From NCBI GenBank assembly GCA_963695875.1, contig CAVOID010000004.1, positions 128,001 through 192,000 of the forward strand: a stretch of DNA of 64,000 nucleotides, read 5' to 3'. Source of the DNA: an uncultured delta proteobacterium. Its GTDB lineage: Bacteria; Desulfobacterota; Syntrophia; Syntrophales; UBA2185. The notes under the pieces were generated by a model. The model was not told the DNA's origin, did not search any database, and saw nothing but the letters and a program-made list of their open reading frames with translations. Every line of letters starts with the position of its first letter. Positions within the stretch are counted from its first letter, which is position 1. Shown here in pieces: positions 21,415-32,829 of the stretch. The position numbers and the translations under genes were made by a program.

Positions 21415-21866
21415 TCATGGTCTATCCCGCAAGACACGGTCTCCTTCCATCTTCAGGCCGGGATCCACTGCCACCAGGTCGCGAAGAAATTCCTTGTCAC
21501 CGGCGAAATCATCAACCCGAAGGATTCGGACGATAACGAATGTGAAGCCGGTCCAACGAACAAGCAGGACTCGAAAGTGGGTTGCGTGTGGGGGTAATCT
21601 CACTGATCGCCTCCAGGTCAATCACCCAGCGAAACGGTCCCGACTGGACAGTGAGGGCCTTGTCTGTGAGCGTGTAACGTGTTCCATATAGCACCCAAAG
21701 CACAAATGCGGCAACAAGTGTCAATAGAAGGGATATCAGCAATCGAAATGTGAATGGCAAAGGCGTTACCCAAAGATTCCCCGCACCGATGAGCATGACT
21801 GTCACTGCCGCCCACAGCAGCGACAACAATCCAGCCATCCCTCTTCGATTCATATACGCGCTTCAT
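21415..21866 (-). CDS. Bacterial PH-domain membrane protein; frameshifted
   Basis: SKRDGW, two TM helices, TRYTL, ITPTRNPLSSPACSLDRL. Confidence 0.7.
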
Positions 21867-22121
21867 TTCTTTCCTCCATGTAACAATCCCGCTCGATCCT
21901 CTGCTTCAAGCCTTATCTGCAGTATCTAATGATTTTAACTATATTTCTTGCAAGATAATAGGTCAATAAGTAATATCATCGCGCAGCACATAAAAGTAGT
22001 TTTTGATTATCCGAGTTGTATCTTCGGAAATGGTGGCACCGACTAATTTCAGCTTGACACGATCAGGGAATTCATATAGAAAACCTCCCTACATCGACAG
22101 ACCAGTAAAGGAGGATCGTTT

Positions 22122-22391
22122 TTGGCAACACATAAATCCGCGGAAAAAAGGAGCAGACAGAACGAGAAAAGACGCGTGAGAAATATCTCGGTAAAGTCAA
22201 GCGTCAGAACCGTAATAAAATCCGTAGTGGCGGCCGTTGAGGAAAAGGATAAGGCGGGCTCAGTATCTGCTCTTACTGCTGCCATTCCTGCTATCAAAAA
22301 GGCAGCTTCCAAAGGCGTATTTCATAAAAAGACAACTTCGCGAAAGATATCGAGATTAACCAAGAAGGTAAATGCCCTTAATAAGGGGTAA
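22122..22391 (+). CDS. rpsT: 30S ribosomal protein S20
   Basis: ATHKSAEKR...KGVFHKKTTSRKISRL. Confidence 0.97.
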   Translation: MATHKSAEKRSRQNEKRRVRNISVKSSVRTVIKSVVAAVEEKDKAGSVSALTAAIPAIKKAASKGVFHKKTTSRKISRLTKKVNALNKG

Positions 22392-22422
22392 CATTTCCCT
22401 TACTCGCCGGCATAGTTATCTC

Positions 22423-22977
22423 TTAAAATCCTGACATCATTAATCTATATGCCCTCTCAGCTGTATCGTTGGACAGTTTGACGAGGGCATTTTTGCGGTT
22501 TGTTTCTTTAGTGCTCACATCTGTGAATGCGTAGTCCTGATATCCTGAGAAATTTTTGTTGGTCCAGATAACTTTTTGGGTACCCTGATCTTCAAAAGTG
22601 AGTTCCATAGTTATGGTCACACGTTCTTCTGCGGCAATAACACTTTTTTGGTAAGAAAGGGGAGAAGTTGTGAGGCTGTTTATACTGGCCTTGAATACGG
22701 AGTCCGCCTTTTCCCGCGTGTCAACCAGCGTGAACCTTCCTCCGATGTCGAATTGATCGATAAAGGCAGTCCTGAAGGTGTTTTCGATATTGGCCTCACT
22801 GGTCCTGTTGGAAAAATTGTCTATGAAGACCGTCCGGATGTTTTTATCGATATATTCACCGCCGGGGCTGAAGCGGTAGCCGCAACCTGAGATGAGAAGG
22901 ACAGAAGGAAAAGGCGATATCGATCGAGTGTCTTATGCCCCCGCATCAAAGAGGGAATTTTTTGCAGTCTTGTGCAT
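22423..22977 (-). CDS. lptE: LPS assembly lipoprotein LptE family (start approximate, frameshift near the N-terminus)
   Basis: SGCGYRF lipobox region; position directly after leuS. Confidence 0.65.
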
Positions 22978-23020
22978 GAAATCCCTCAATCCCCTTTAAA
23001 AAGGAGGTTAATGCGGTTTC

Positions 23021-25605
23021 TTACTGAACCACGATATTGACAAGTTTTTTGGGAACATATATCTCTCTCGATACTTTTTTTCCGGAGATGAAATTGGCAA
23101 TCTTCTCATCGCTTAGGGCAAGGGCCTTGATCTTTTCGCCATCCTCATCCGCGGCGACGACCATCCTGCTCCTCACCTTTCCATTGATCTGAATGACTAT
23201 GGTAATTTCTTCTTCTGCGGCTACGTCATGATCATACTCCGGCCAGGGGACATCGGCTAAATTGCTTTCACATCCTAATTCCGTCCACAGCTCTTCGGTT
23301 ATGTGCGGAACAATGGGTGCCAGCAATATAACGATCGTTTCGATGGTTTCCCTGATGACGGAAAGGGCTTTAGCATCTTCCTTCGGCGGCCGCTCGATCA
23401 GGTAAAGGGCATTGACCAGTTCCATGACAGCGCTTATGGCCGTATTGAAGTGGAACCTATCCTCAATATCACGGGTCACTTTCCTTATCGTCTGGTGGGT
23501 TTTTCGCCTCAGGTTTTTTAATTCCCCTTCGAGTTCTTCACTTCCGTCGAAAGGCTTAACACCCGCGATGTCATCGAGGTAATCTATTACAATTCGCCAG
23601 GCCCTGTTCAGGAAACGGAACGACCCCTCTACTCCCTGATCAGACCATTCCAGATCCTTCTCCGGGGGTGCGGCAAAAAGACAGAACATCCTGACCGTGT
23701 CGGCGCCGTATTTTTTGATCAGATAATCGGGATCGACGACATTTTTCAGAGATTTGGACATCTTTTCCGATTTACCGATCGTTACCTCTCTCTCGCAGTG
23801 AGTGCATTTTCCGTCCTTCACCTCGTCGGGAAAGAGATAGCCGTGCTCTTTGCAACGCATCGTCTCTTTGCAGACCATGCCCTGGGTCAGGAGATTGGTA
23901 AATGGTTCATCAAAATCCAGGACACCGAAATCTCTCAGCATCTTTGTGAAGAAGCGTGAGTAGAGGAGATGGAGGATCGCGTGTTCAATGCCGCCGATGT
24001 ACTGATCCACCGGCATCCAGTAGTGGACCTTTTGTTTGTCAAGACCGGGTTTTTCTGCGCAGTGGGGCGAGCAGAAGCGGTCAAAGTACCAGGAAGATTC
24101 CACAAACGTATCCATGGTGTCCGTTTCCCGTTTTGCCGCGCTGCCGCATTGCGGACAGGTAGTTTCCACGAATGCCTCGTACTTTGCCAGGGGAGATCCC
24201 CCTTCTCCCGTTAGTTCCACTTCGCGGGGCAGGATGACGGGAAGGTCCTTTTCCGGTACCGGCACGGTGCCGCACTTATCGCAGTAGATGATGGGAATCG
24301 GCGCCCCCCAGTAGCGCTGCCGGGAAATGCCCCAGTCTCGCAAACGGTACTGGATGGCTTTCTTGCCCCGGCCTGATGGATTCCAGATATTCGGCGATGG
24401 CATCAAGGGCCTTCAAATTTTCCATACCGTTGAATTGTCCCGAATTAACGAGGATGCCTTCGTCCACGTAGGCTTCCGTCATGGTGTGGATGTTGAGAGG
24501 TTTGTTCGTGCGGTTGAATGACCACAATGAGGGGGAGACTGTATTTTTTCGCGAATTCAAAGTCCCGCTGATCGTGGGTGGGTACGGCCATGACGCATCC
24601 GGTTCCATATTCGGCAACGACAAAGTTTGCGGCAAAGATGGGCATCTTCTTCTTTGTCAGCGGATTGAGGCAGTAGGCATCCAGGAAGATACCTTCCTTT
24701 TCGTAATACTCCGATGTCCGCATCAGCTTGTCCTGCTTTTTTACCTTTTCCACAAATTCCCTGACTTCATTTTCGATCGGTTTTCCCTTGACCAGGTCCA
24801 TAACAAGGGGAAGTTCGGCGGCAACCAGCATAAACGTGGCCCCATATACCGTATCCTGCCTTGTCGTAAAGACTTTGATCGTGCCATTGCCGTCTGCCAT
24901 GGGGAAAAGGATCTCGCATCCGAAGCTTTTGCCGATCCAGTTTTTCTGCATGGTGATGACCCGTTCGGGCCATCCGGGGAGTTTGTCGCAGTAATCGAGG
25001 AGTTCTTCAACATAGTCGGTGATGCGGAAAAACCACTGATCGAGATATTTTTCCTCGACCTCCGTGGAGCATCTCCAGCACTGACCTGCTTCCACCTGCT
25101 CGTTTGCCAGTACGGTTTGACAGGTCAGGCACCAGTTTACGATGGAGCTTTTTTTATAGGCGAGCCCTTTTTCATACATCCAGAGAAAAAACAGCTGCTC
25201 CCAGCGGTAATATTCCGGCTCGCAGGTGGAAAGTTCCCTGTCCCAGTCATAGCTGAAGCCCATCTCCTTGAGCTGTTTTTTCATGTAGGCGATGTTTTCA
25301 TTCGTCCACGTTGCCGGATGAATGCCATGGTCGATGGCCGCGTTTTCCGCGGGCATGCCGAAAGAATCCCAGCCCATGGGATGGAGAACGTTGTATCCGT
25401 TCATCCGCTTGTAGCGTGCCACTACATCACCGATGGTGTAGTTTCGCACATGGCCGATATGAATTCTACCGGAGGGATAGGGAAACATCTCCAGGAGGTA
25501 GTACTTTTTTTTATCAGGATCTTCCGTGACCTTGAAAATACCCTTATCTTCCCAGATTGCCTGCCATTTCTTTTCCAGTTCCTGCGGCTTATACTTTTTC
25601 TCCAT
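23021..25605 (-). CDS. leuS: Leucine-tRNA ligase; frameshifts near 24380-24510
   Basis: [36 protein letters not shown]. Confidence 0.97.
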
Positions 25606-25646
25606 AACTCATCCAGCCTCCAACAGTAAGACTCAGAACAATATCC

Positions 25647-26102
25647 TCATGATTCGGAACTTCCGGAGATTTTGTTGACATTTTGATTCGCTTCTTCTTT
25701 ATATAATTTCAGGTATACTGCATCGAGAATTCCGTTTATAAAAGAACCGGAATTTTCAGAGCCATACATTTTGCCCAGATCAATAGCTTCGTTCAGTGTG
25801 ACTTTGGGGGGTATATCCGGACAGTATAAAAGCTCGTAGACGGCCATACGAAGGATATTTCTGTCAACTCTCGACATGCGTGCAAGCGACCAGTTTTCGG
25901 AGCAACTGCTTATGTGACTATCTATCTGCTCTCTGTTGTCCCAGGTACCTTCGATCAAAAGGGTAGAGAATTTTCTGGACTCTTCCGGAGCTTCAAAGTT
26001 ATTCCAGAAAAGCGCGACAGCCTCTTTGGAATCGATATTTAAAACATCCAGCTCGTAAAGAACCTGTAAGGCAATTTCTCTTGCCTTTCTTCGTTGATGC
26101 AT
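25647..26102 (-). CDS. nusB: Transcription antitermination factor NusB
   Basis: RRKAREIALQ, DRNILR, NEAIDLGK, FINGILD. Confidence 0.96.
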   Translation of the reverse strand: MHQRRKAREIALQVLYELDVLNIDSKEAVALFWNNFEAPEESRKFSTLLIEGTWDNREQIDSHISSCSENWSLARMSRVDRNILRMAVYELLYCPDIPPKVTLNEAIDLGKMYGSENSGSFINGILDAVYLKLYKEEANQNVNKISGSSES

Positions 26103-26336
26103 TAATTCCTCTGGTTATACTACATCAGACACTATTTATGACGGATCTGCCAATCTAGATTACAAAACGAGATACTTAAATAAATGCAAAATGAATATTT
26201 CAAAATCAGCTAATATCGATAAAAAACGAAGGATTTACGACCAATATTATAATCAAAATAGTAGGTGACAGGGCAAGGTTCATTTGCCGGTCAATAATGC
26301 GACTCATCAATATGCTCAGCTAAGAATTTATCAAGG

Positions 26337-26801
26337 CTATAATTTCCTGAAGAGGTCTACCATTTCAATGGCTGACATGGCGGCATCCCATCCCTTGTTT
26401 CCCGCTTTGGCTCCCGCCCTTTCGATGGCCTGTTCAATGGTATCCGTGGTCAGTACACCGAAGGCTACAGGGATCTCCGTTTCCAGACCGACGCTCGCTA
26501 TCCCCTTGGTGACCTCGGCGCTGATGTATTCAAAATGGGGTGTGGCCCCCCTGATTACTGCACCGAGACAGATCACCGCATCGAACTTCGCCGTCTTTGC
26601 CAGCTTCTTGGCCGTTGCGGGCAGTTCAAATGCACCGGGAACCTTATAGATCTGGATGTCTTTTTCATCCGCCCCTGCCCTTGTCAAGGCGTCGATGGCG
26701 CCATCAATCAGCCTTCCGCAGATGAAATCGTTGAAGCGACTGGCGACAATGCCAAACTTCATCCCCTTGGCTACAAGCTTTCCTTCTATGATCCTTGGCA
26801 T
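26337..26801 (-). CDS. ribH: 6,7-dimethyl-8-ribityllumazine synthase
   Basis: [23 protein letters not shown]. Confidence 0.97.
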   Translation of the reverse strand: MPRIIEGKLVAKGMKFGIVASRFNDFICGRLIDGAIDALTRAGADEKDIQIYKVPGAFELPATAKKLAKTAKFDAVICLGAVIRGATPHFEYISAEVTKGIASVGLETEIPVAFGVLTTDTIEQAIERAGAKAGNKGWDAAMSAIEMVDLFRKL

Positions 26802-26834
26802 ATTCCTCTCTCCATAGTGAAACTTGAAAACAAT

Positions 26835-28038
26835 CTATACTTCCAACAAATGACCCATTTTTTTCTTTTTTGTTTTCAGATACTTGATGTTGCTGTCAGT
26901 TGGTTTTATTTCGATGGGAACGCGTTCGGTAATAGTTATACCGTACCCCTCAAGACCTACAATTTTCTTGGGATTATTGGTCATGAGTCTCATCTTTCTG
27001 ACACCCAGATCGGCAAGGATCTGGGCGCCGATGCCATAGTCTCGCAAGTCTGCCTTGAACCCGAGCGAGATATTGGCCTCAACGGTATCTTTCCCGCGCT
27101 CCTGCAGTTCGTAGGCCCTGATTTTATTTACAAGGCCGATACCTCTGCCTTCCTGATGCATATAAACGATTACACCTTTTCCCGCCTCATCCACCATCTT
27201 CATGGCTGCATGGAGTTGATAGCCGCAGTCGCACCGCTCCGATCCGAATACATCACCTGTCAGGCATTCCGAATGAACCCTCACCAGGACTTCGTCATCC
27301 GGCTCAATATCTCCCTTGACCAGGGCGACATGTTTCATGTCATCGACATCGTTTTCATAAACGATGAGTTTGAATTTGCCCCCGTAGTGGGTCGGGATCG
27401 TTGCAGTCGCTGCCCTCCTGATCAGGGATTCATGCTGCATTCTGAACTGGATGAGATCGGCGATGGTCACTATCTTCAGACCATGTTCCTTTGCGAAGAT
27501 CTCCAGATCCGGCATGCGGGCCATGGTGCCGTCATCCTTCATGACCTCACAGATTACACCGGCCGGTTTCAACCCGGCCAATCGTGCAAGATCCACGGAA
27601 CCTTCCGTCTGTCCGGTTCTAACCAGTACACCGCCCTTTCTGGCACGTATGGGGAAAACGTGTCCCGGGCTGACGATGTCATCAGGCGTGGCGTCATCGG
27701 CAACGGCTGTTCGTATAGTTGTTGCCCTATCGGCAGCAGAAATACCTGTGGTGACCCCGCGCTTGGCTTCTATAGATACGGTAAATGCGGTTCCGAAACG
27801 GGAGCGGTTATCCGATACCATGGGGCACAAGATTCAGCTTATCAGCAAGTTCTTCACTCAGAGACAGACAAACGAGTCCCCTGCCGTATTTCGCCATGAA
27901 GTTAATGGCCTCCGGCGTGACAAATTCCGCCGCCATGCAGAGATCACCTTCGTTTTCTCTGTCTTCATCATCCACCAAAATAATCATTTTGCCACTTTTG
28001 ATATCAACAATGGCTTCTTTTATTGTACTTACACCCAT
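26835..28038 (-). CDS. ribBA: Bifunctional DHBP synthase / GTP cyclohydrolase II; frameshift near 27830
   Basis: [49 protein letters not shown]. Confidence 0.96.
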
Positions 28039-28106
28039 ATTACACCTATATTAATTAAGCTCTAAATCCATCTGACCCCGTTTATGAAATAGGGATGTGG
28101 GAATTT

Positions 28107-28743
28107 TTATTTCAAAAATCCATGTTCCGCAAGAAAATTCATATCAATTCCTTTATCCGGATTGAGAAATTTCTCCACATATTTCCCGATAATATCCGTT
28201 TCAATATTGACCGGATCAGCCACTTTTTTAAATCCTAATGTTGTGTTCTGGGCTGTGTGGGGGATTATGTTAACATAAAATCTATTTTTTTCACAGCGAT
28301 TTACAGTTAGACTTATCCCGTCAACAGCGACTGATCCCTTTTCTACGATATATCGGCTTAATTCCGTATCGATTTCCACACCGAAACTGGATGGAATTGG
28401 CCTTATTGACTTTTTCCTGAATCTTTCCCAGTCCATCAACATGGCCGAGAACAAGATGCCCGCCCAGAAAACTGTTCATCCGCAAGGATTTTTCCAGGTT
28501 TACCTTATCTCCGGACTTCAGTAATTTGAGATTTGTCCTGGCCAGTGTTTCTGCCGATACGTCCGCAGAAAATTCCTTGTCTGTTTTATGGGTTACCGTA
28601 AGACAGGCACCGTTAATGGCAATGCTGTCGCCAACGGTGACATCATCTAAATTCATGGAGGTCTCGATTACAAGGAGGGCATCTTCTCCCTTCCTCGTTA
28701 ACCGTTTAACGGCTCCCATGCTTTCTATAATTCCTGTGAACAT
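28107..28743 (-). CDS. ribE: Riboflavin synthase; frameshift near 28385
   Basis: [42 protein letters not shown]. Confidence 0.95.
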
Positions 28744-28770
28744 GACCGGTCGATTTACCTGTCTGGGTGG

Positions 28771-29242
28771 TTACTTGGCGTCGTCCTTTTTTACACTCAG
28801 AAGATCCTTGAGTTCTTCCAAAAAATCGCTTACGTCACGAAATTCTCTGTATACCGATGCGAACCTCACGTAGGCAACTCCGTCCAGGTTCTGGAGTTCC
28901 TTCATGACCTGTTCCCCGACGACAGACGCGGGGATTTCTTTGTCGGGATACTCCTGGCAGCGCTGTTCAATTCTGTCCACGATGCTTTCAATTACATCAG
29001 TGCTGATGGGACGCTTTTCACAGGCCTTCTTGATGCCGGAACGTATTTTTGTCCTGTCGAAAGGTTCCCTCCGGCCGTCCTTCTTGACTACCGTCGGGAG
29101 AACTTCTTCCACAAATTCATACGTTGTGAAACGTTTTCCGCAGGATACGCACTCCCGCCGTCCTCCTGATAGCATCGCCATCTTTGCTGATCCGGGAGTC
29201 AATTACCTTGTTCTCCGTATTTCCGCAAAAAGGACACTTCAT
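28771..29242 (-). CDS. nrdR: Transcriptional repressor NrdR; frameshifts near the N-terminus
   Basis: [24 protein letters not shown]-cone, [11 protein letters not shown]. Confidence 0.94.
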
Positions 29243-29729
29243 AACTTGGACACCTTTACACCGGCTTCCTTCAATATTTCTTCTGCTAATTTATCCTTGT
29301 AAATCGCCCTTATAACTACTGCGTTGATACCTGCGTTGATGATCATCTTGGCACATATGACACAGGGATGATTGGTACAGTAGAGGGTCGCATCGTTTAC
29401 ACTTACTCCGTGAAGTGCAGCCTGAATAATGGCATTTTGCTCCGCATGAAGCCCCCGACATAGTTCATGGCGTTCGCCGGAAGGAACACCTAATTGTTCG
29501 CGCAGACATCCCATATCCAGGCAATGATGCAGACCCGATGGAGCTCCGTTATAGCCTGTCGCCAATACCCTCCTGTCCTTTACTAAAACGGCACCAACGC
29601 TTCGTCTCAGACATGTGGAACGCCTCGAGACGAGGTCCGCAATATCCATGAAATATACATCCCATGTCGGTCGCTGGTTCTTCTTACCTCCAGCTTGGGG
29701 CTTTAATGTGCAGCCTTGGCTTTACCCAT
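29239..29729 (-). CDS. dCMP/cytidine deaminase family (ComEB-like); start approximate
   Basis: [30 protein letters not shown]. Confidence 0.9.
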
Positions 29730-29817
29730 CAGCCTTTCAGTATCCTTATCACGGCAGAGGGGAATATTTTACAGAGGACACCGACCTCTTCTTTAACTTC
29801 CTCAGCCCGTTTTTTAT
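29729..29817 (-). pseudogene. glyA: C-terminal remnant of the native glyA (KRAEEVKEEVGVLCKIFP)
   Basis: Resembles the SHMT C-terminal helix; lies at the usual rpiB-glyA-deaminase position; its TGA overlaps the next ATG. Confidence 0.55.
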
Positions 29818-30265
29818 TTAAACCCGTTTTTCTATCGCCTCGATTTTATCGATACGTCTTTGATGGCGGTCTCCCTCAAATTCCGTACTCAACCACAAAC
29901 GCGTTATTGATTTTGCCTCGTCTTCCTCCGTCCGCCGACCGGCCAGAACAAGGATATTTGTGTCGTTGTGCAGCCTGCTCATACGGGCCGTCTCTTCATC
30001 GAGACATGCAACTGCCCTGATGTGCGGAAACTTGTTGGCGACAATAGCCATGCCGACACCGGAGCCGCATAACAGAATACCCCTGTCAAACTCTCCGGAA
30101 GAGACCCTTTCGGCCACCCTGTGCGCCAAAGTCCGGATAATCGACAGGGTCTCTGTTGTCAGTACCGACGTCAGTTATGTCATATCCCATGTTCGCAAGG
30201 TATTGTCTGATAGTTTCTTTTAGAGGAAATCCGGCGTGATCGCAACCTATAATTATCTTAGCCAT
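29818..30265 (-). CDS. rpiB: Ribose-5-phosphate isomerase B; frameshift near 30130
   Basis: GCDHAG, DYPD, CGSGVGM, HNDTN, FEGDRHQRR. Confidence 0.94.
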
Positions 30266-30269
30266 GTAA

Positions 30270-31540
30270 TTAACGTTCGTTGAATTTCTTAAATATCAGC
30301 ACGGCATTGACGCCGCCAAAACCAAATGTATTGGACATGGCCGTTTGAATTTCTTTTTTTCGTGCTTTATGGGGAACGTAATCGAGATCGCATTCAGGAT
30401 CAGGGTTATCCAGATTGATAGTCGGCGGGATGATGCCTTCGTAGAGAGACATTGCCGAAATGATAGCCTCCACGCCGCCTGAGGCTCCCAGGAGATGACC
30501 GGTCATGGATTTTGTAGAACTCACGGCGAGCTTAAATGCATGATCGCCGAAGACCTTTCTTAATGGCCTGAGTTTCATAAATGTCGTTGGGTGGTGTCGA
30601 GGTACCGTGGGCGTTGATGTAGTCGATATCGCCGGGGCTCATTTGGGCATCATCCAGGGCCGCTGCCATGCATCTCGCCGCTCCTTCATGACCCGGGGGA
30701 GGTGCTGCCATATGATAGGCATCACTGGTCGATCCGTAACCGACCACTTCCGCATATATCCTGGCGCCTCTGTCAAGGGCTGATGTTAGTTCTTCCAGGA
30801 TCACAATCCCACACCCCTCTCCGATAACAAAACCATCTCGATCACGTTCAAAGGGGCGACTCGCTTTCTTGGGCCGATCATTTTTCACGGACATGGCCCT
30901 CATTGCGTTGAATCCGGCTATACCGAGGGGTGTAATAGCCGCATCGACGCCTCCTGCGATCACTACATCGGCAGTAATTGCCGGATATGATCCTCATGGC
31001 ATCCCCGATGGCGTTGGTTCCTGAAGAGCAGGCGGTAACCGGACAATTTATGGGACCCTTCGCTCCGAACCTGATCGAGACATTGCCGGCGCCAAGATTT
31101 GCAAGAACGGCAGGAATGGCAAAGGGGGACATTTTTCCGGGGCCGCCACGGAGTATTGTTTCTTTTGCTCTTTCCATGGATGCGAGGCCTCCGATTGCTG
31201 ATCCTATGACTACACCAACCCGTTCAGCATTCTTCCTATTAATGACCAGTTCCGAATCCGCCAAGGCCATCTCGGCGGCTGCCAGGGCATAGATAATGAA
31301 GTTATCAAACTTGCGAAGCTCTTTTTTGCTTACAAAATTGAGGGCATCAAAATTCTTCAGTTCACCGGCAATCTTTGTTTTATATCCGGTAGTGTCGAAT
31401 TTTGTTATTTTTCCAATTCCTGATTTTCCCTTGCAGATTCCCTTCCATGTATCCTCGGCAGAATTGCCGAGGGGCGTAACCGCACCGATTCCGGTTATGA
31501 CGATTCTTCTTTTCAAAGGGGTCTGTTTTCCTCGCATCAT
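30270..31540 (-). CDS. fabF: Beta-ketoacyl-ACP synthase II; 2 frameshifts
   Basis: [35 protein letters not shown]. Confidence 0.93.
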
Positions 31541-31547
31541 GTCAAGA

Positions 31548-31790
31548 TTATGTTACCCCTTTGCTCTTGAGAAAATTGATCACATCTTGTATTGTGCGGA
31601 TTTTTTCCAGCTCTTCATCGGAGATTTGCAATCCGAAATTTTCTTCCATTTCCATGATCAGTTCGACCAAGTCGAGGGAATCGGCTCCCAGATCATCTAT
31701 AAAGGATGCCTCCGGCACACATTCCTCTTTTGTAACATCCAGATGCTCCATTATAATTTCTACGACCCTTTCTTCGAGTTTCATTAACAT
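31548..31790 (-). CDS. acpP: Acyl carrier protein
   Basis: [12 protein letters not shown]. Confidence 0.95.
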   Translation of the reverse strand: MLMKLEERVVEIIMEHLDVTKEECVPEASFIDDLGADSLDLVELIMEMEENFGLQISDEELEKIRTIQDVINFLKSKGVT

Positions 31791-31915
31791 TCCCTCCTCA
31801 AGTATATAAACTATTTATGATGACATACCCTGCATGAGAGCTTTGATTATACTCCCCCTGTATAACGGGGTGAGTTGTGAGATGGCAATAATCATTTGCA
31901 GTTGAGTTATAGTTC

Positions 31916-32101
31916 TTAAGAAATCTTTTCAACCGGGATCACCTGTCGTCCCTTATAGGTGCCGCAGTTCGGACAGACATGATGAGACAGCTTTGGTTCA
32001 CTGCACTGCGGACATGCAGAAGCCAGTGAAGGCTTCAGAAAGTCATGCGATCTCCTTTTATTTCTCCTGGTTTTTGAATGTCGTTTAACTGGATTTGGCA
32101 T
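31916..32101 (-). CDS. rpmF: 50S ribosomal protein L32
   Basis: MPNPVKRHSK, CPQC...HHVCPNCG.YKG. Confidence 0.96.
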   Translation of the reverse strand: MPNPVKRHSKTRRNKRRSHDFLKPSLASACPQCSEPKLSHHVCPNCGTYKGRQVIPVEKIS

Positions 32102-32126
32102 AGTTATTCTTCCTTTGCATTAAAAT

Positions 32127-32660
32127 TCATTTATTATCGGAAACTTTAATTTTTTTTAAAACAGCCAGACGTTCATCGATAAATTCAGCATGACAGCCGC
32201 AGCTTGCCATGTTGATATTAATCCCGCAGTGCGGACATAACCCTTTGCATGTATCCACGCAAAGAACTTTGATGGGAATTTGCAGTACAATTTGCTCAAA
32301 TATCAGACCATCCAGGTCGATCACATCATCCTGATAAAACCCATATTCGAGATCTTCAGGACTTAACTCCTCTTCCATCAGCCTATTCTTCGCCGGGACA
32401 AATGTGTATCTGAAGGTACTTTTTATCGGAAAATTAGTAGCTTCCAAACAGCGGCAACAATTAGAAACAACAGTTGCCTCCAGGTTCCCGTCGATAAACA
32501 CGGTCTCACGCATTTTTTTAGCAGCGCAGAAAATATCAATACCTTGAAGGGAAAAATCACTTTTCTCCTTTTCAGGCAGCAGGTCCCGAAACCAGTCACT
32601 ATCTTTATGAAACTGAAGGTTCAGCCCCTCTTCCGGGATGTTGTTGATAATGATTTTCAC
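32127..32660 (-). CDS. DUF177/YceD family protein
   Basis: CCRCL, LC...CKGLCPHCG, DERLAVL; upstream of rpmF. Confidence 0.9.
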   Translation of the reverse strand: MKIIINNIPEEGLNLQFHKDSDWFRDLLPEKEKSDFSLQGIDIFCAAKKMRETVFIDGNLEATVVSNCCRCLEATNFPIKSTFRYTFVPAKNRLMEEELSPEDLEYGFYQDDVIDLDGLIFEQIVLQIPIKVLCVDTCKGLCPHCGININMASCGCHAEFIDERLAVLKKIKVSDNK

Positions 32661-32829
32661 TGTGCGTCCCTAATTATTTTAAATTGTGATCCCGGGTATG
32701 CGATGAGACATTGTTTGTAAGGTGCGAAGTAGATTATAAATTGGCCTGGTTGTCAAGTATAATTTTGTTGTTTGAAATCCGGCTTGACAAACAAAGTATC
32801 GCAGCCATATAAGGAAGTTCGTCAAAACA

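Noticed and set aside
24481..27899. Long antisense ORFs (24481-25629, 26535-27899 and similar elsewhere)
   Set aside because: Shadows of leuS and rib genes with no recognisable motifs
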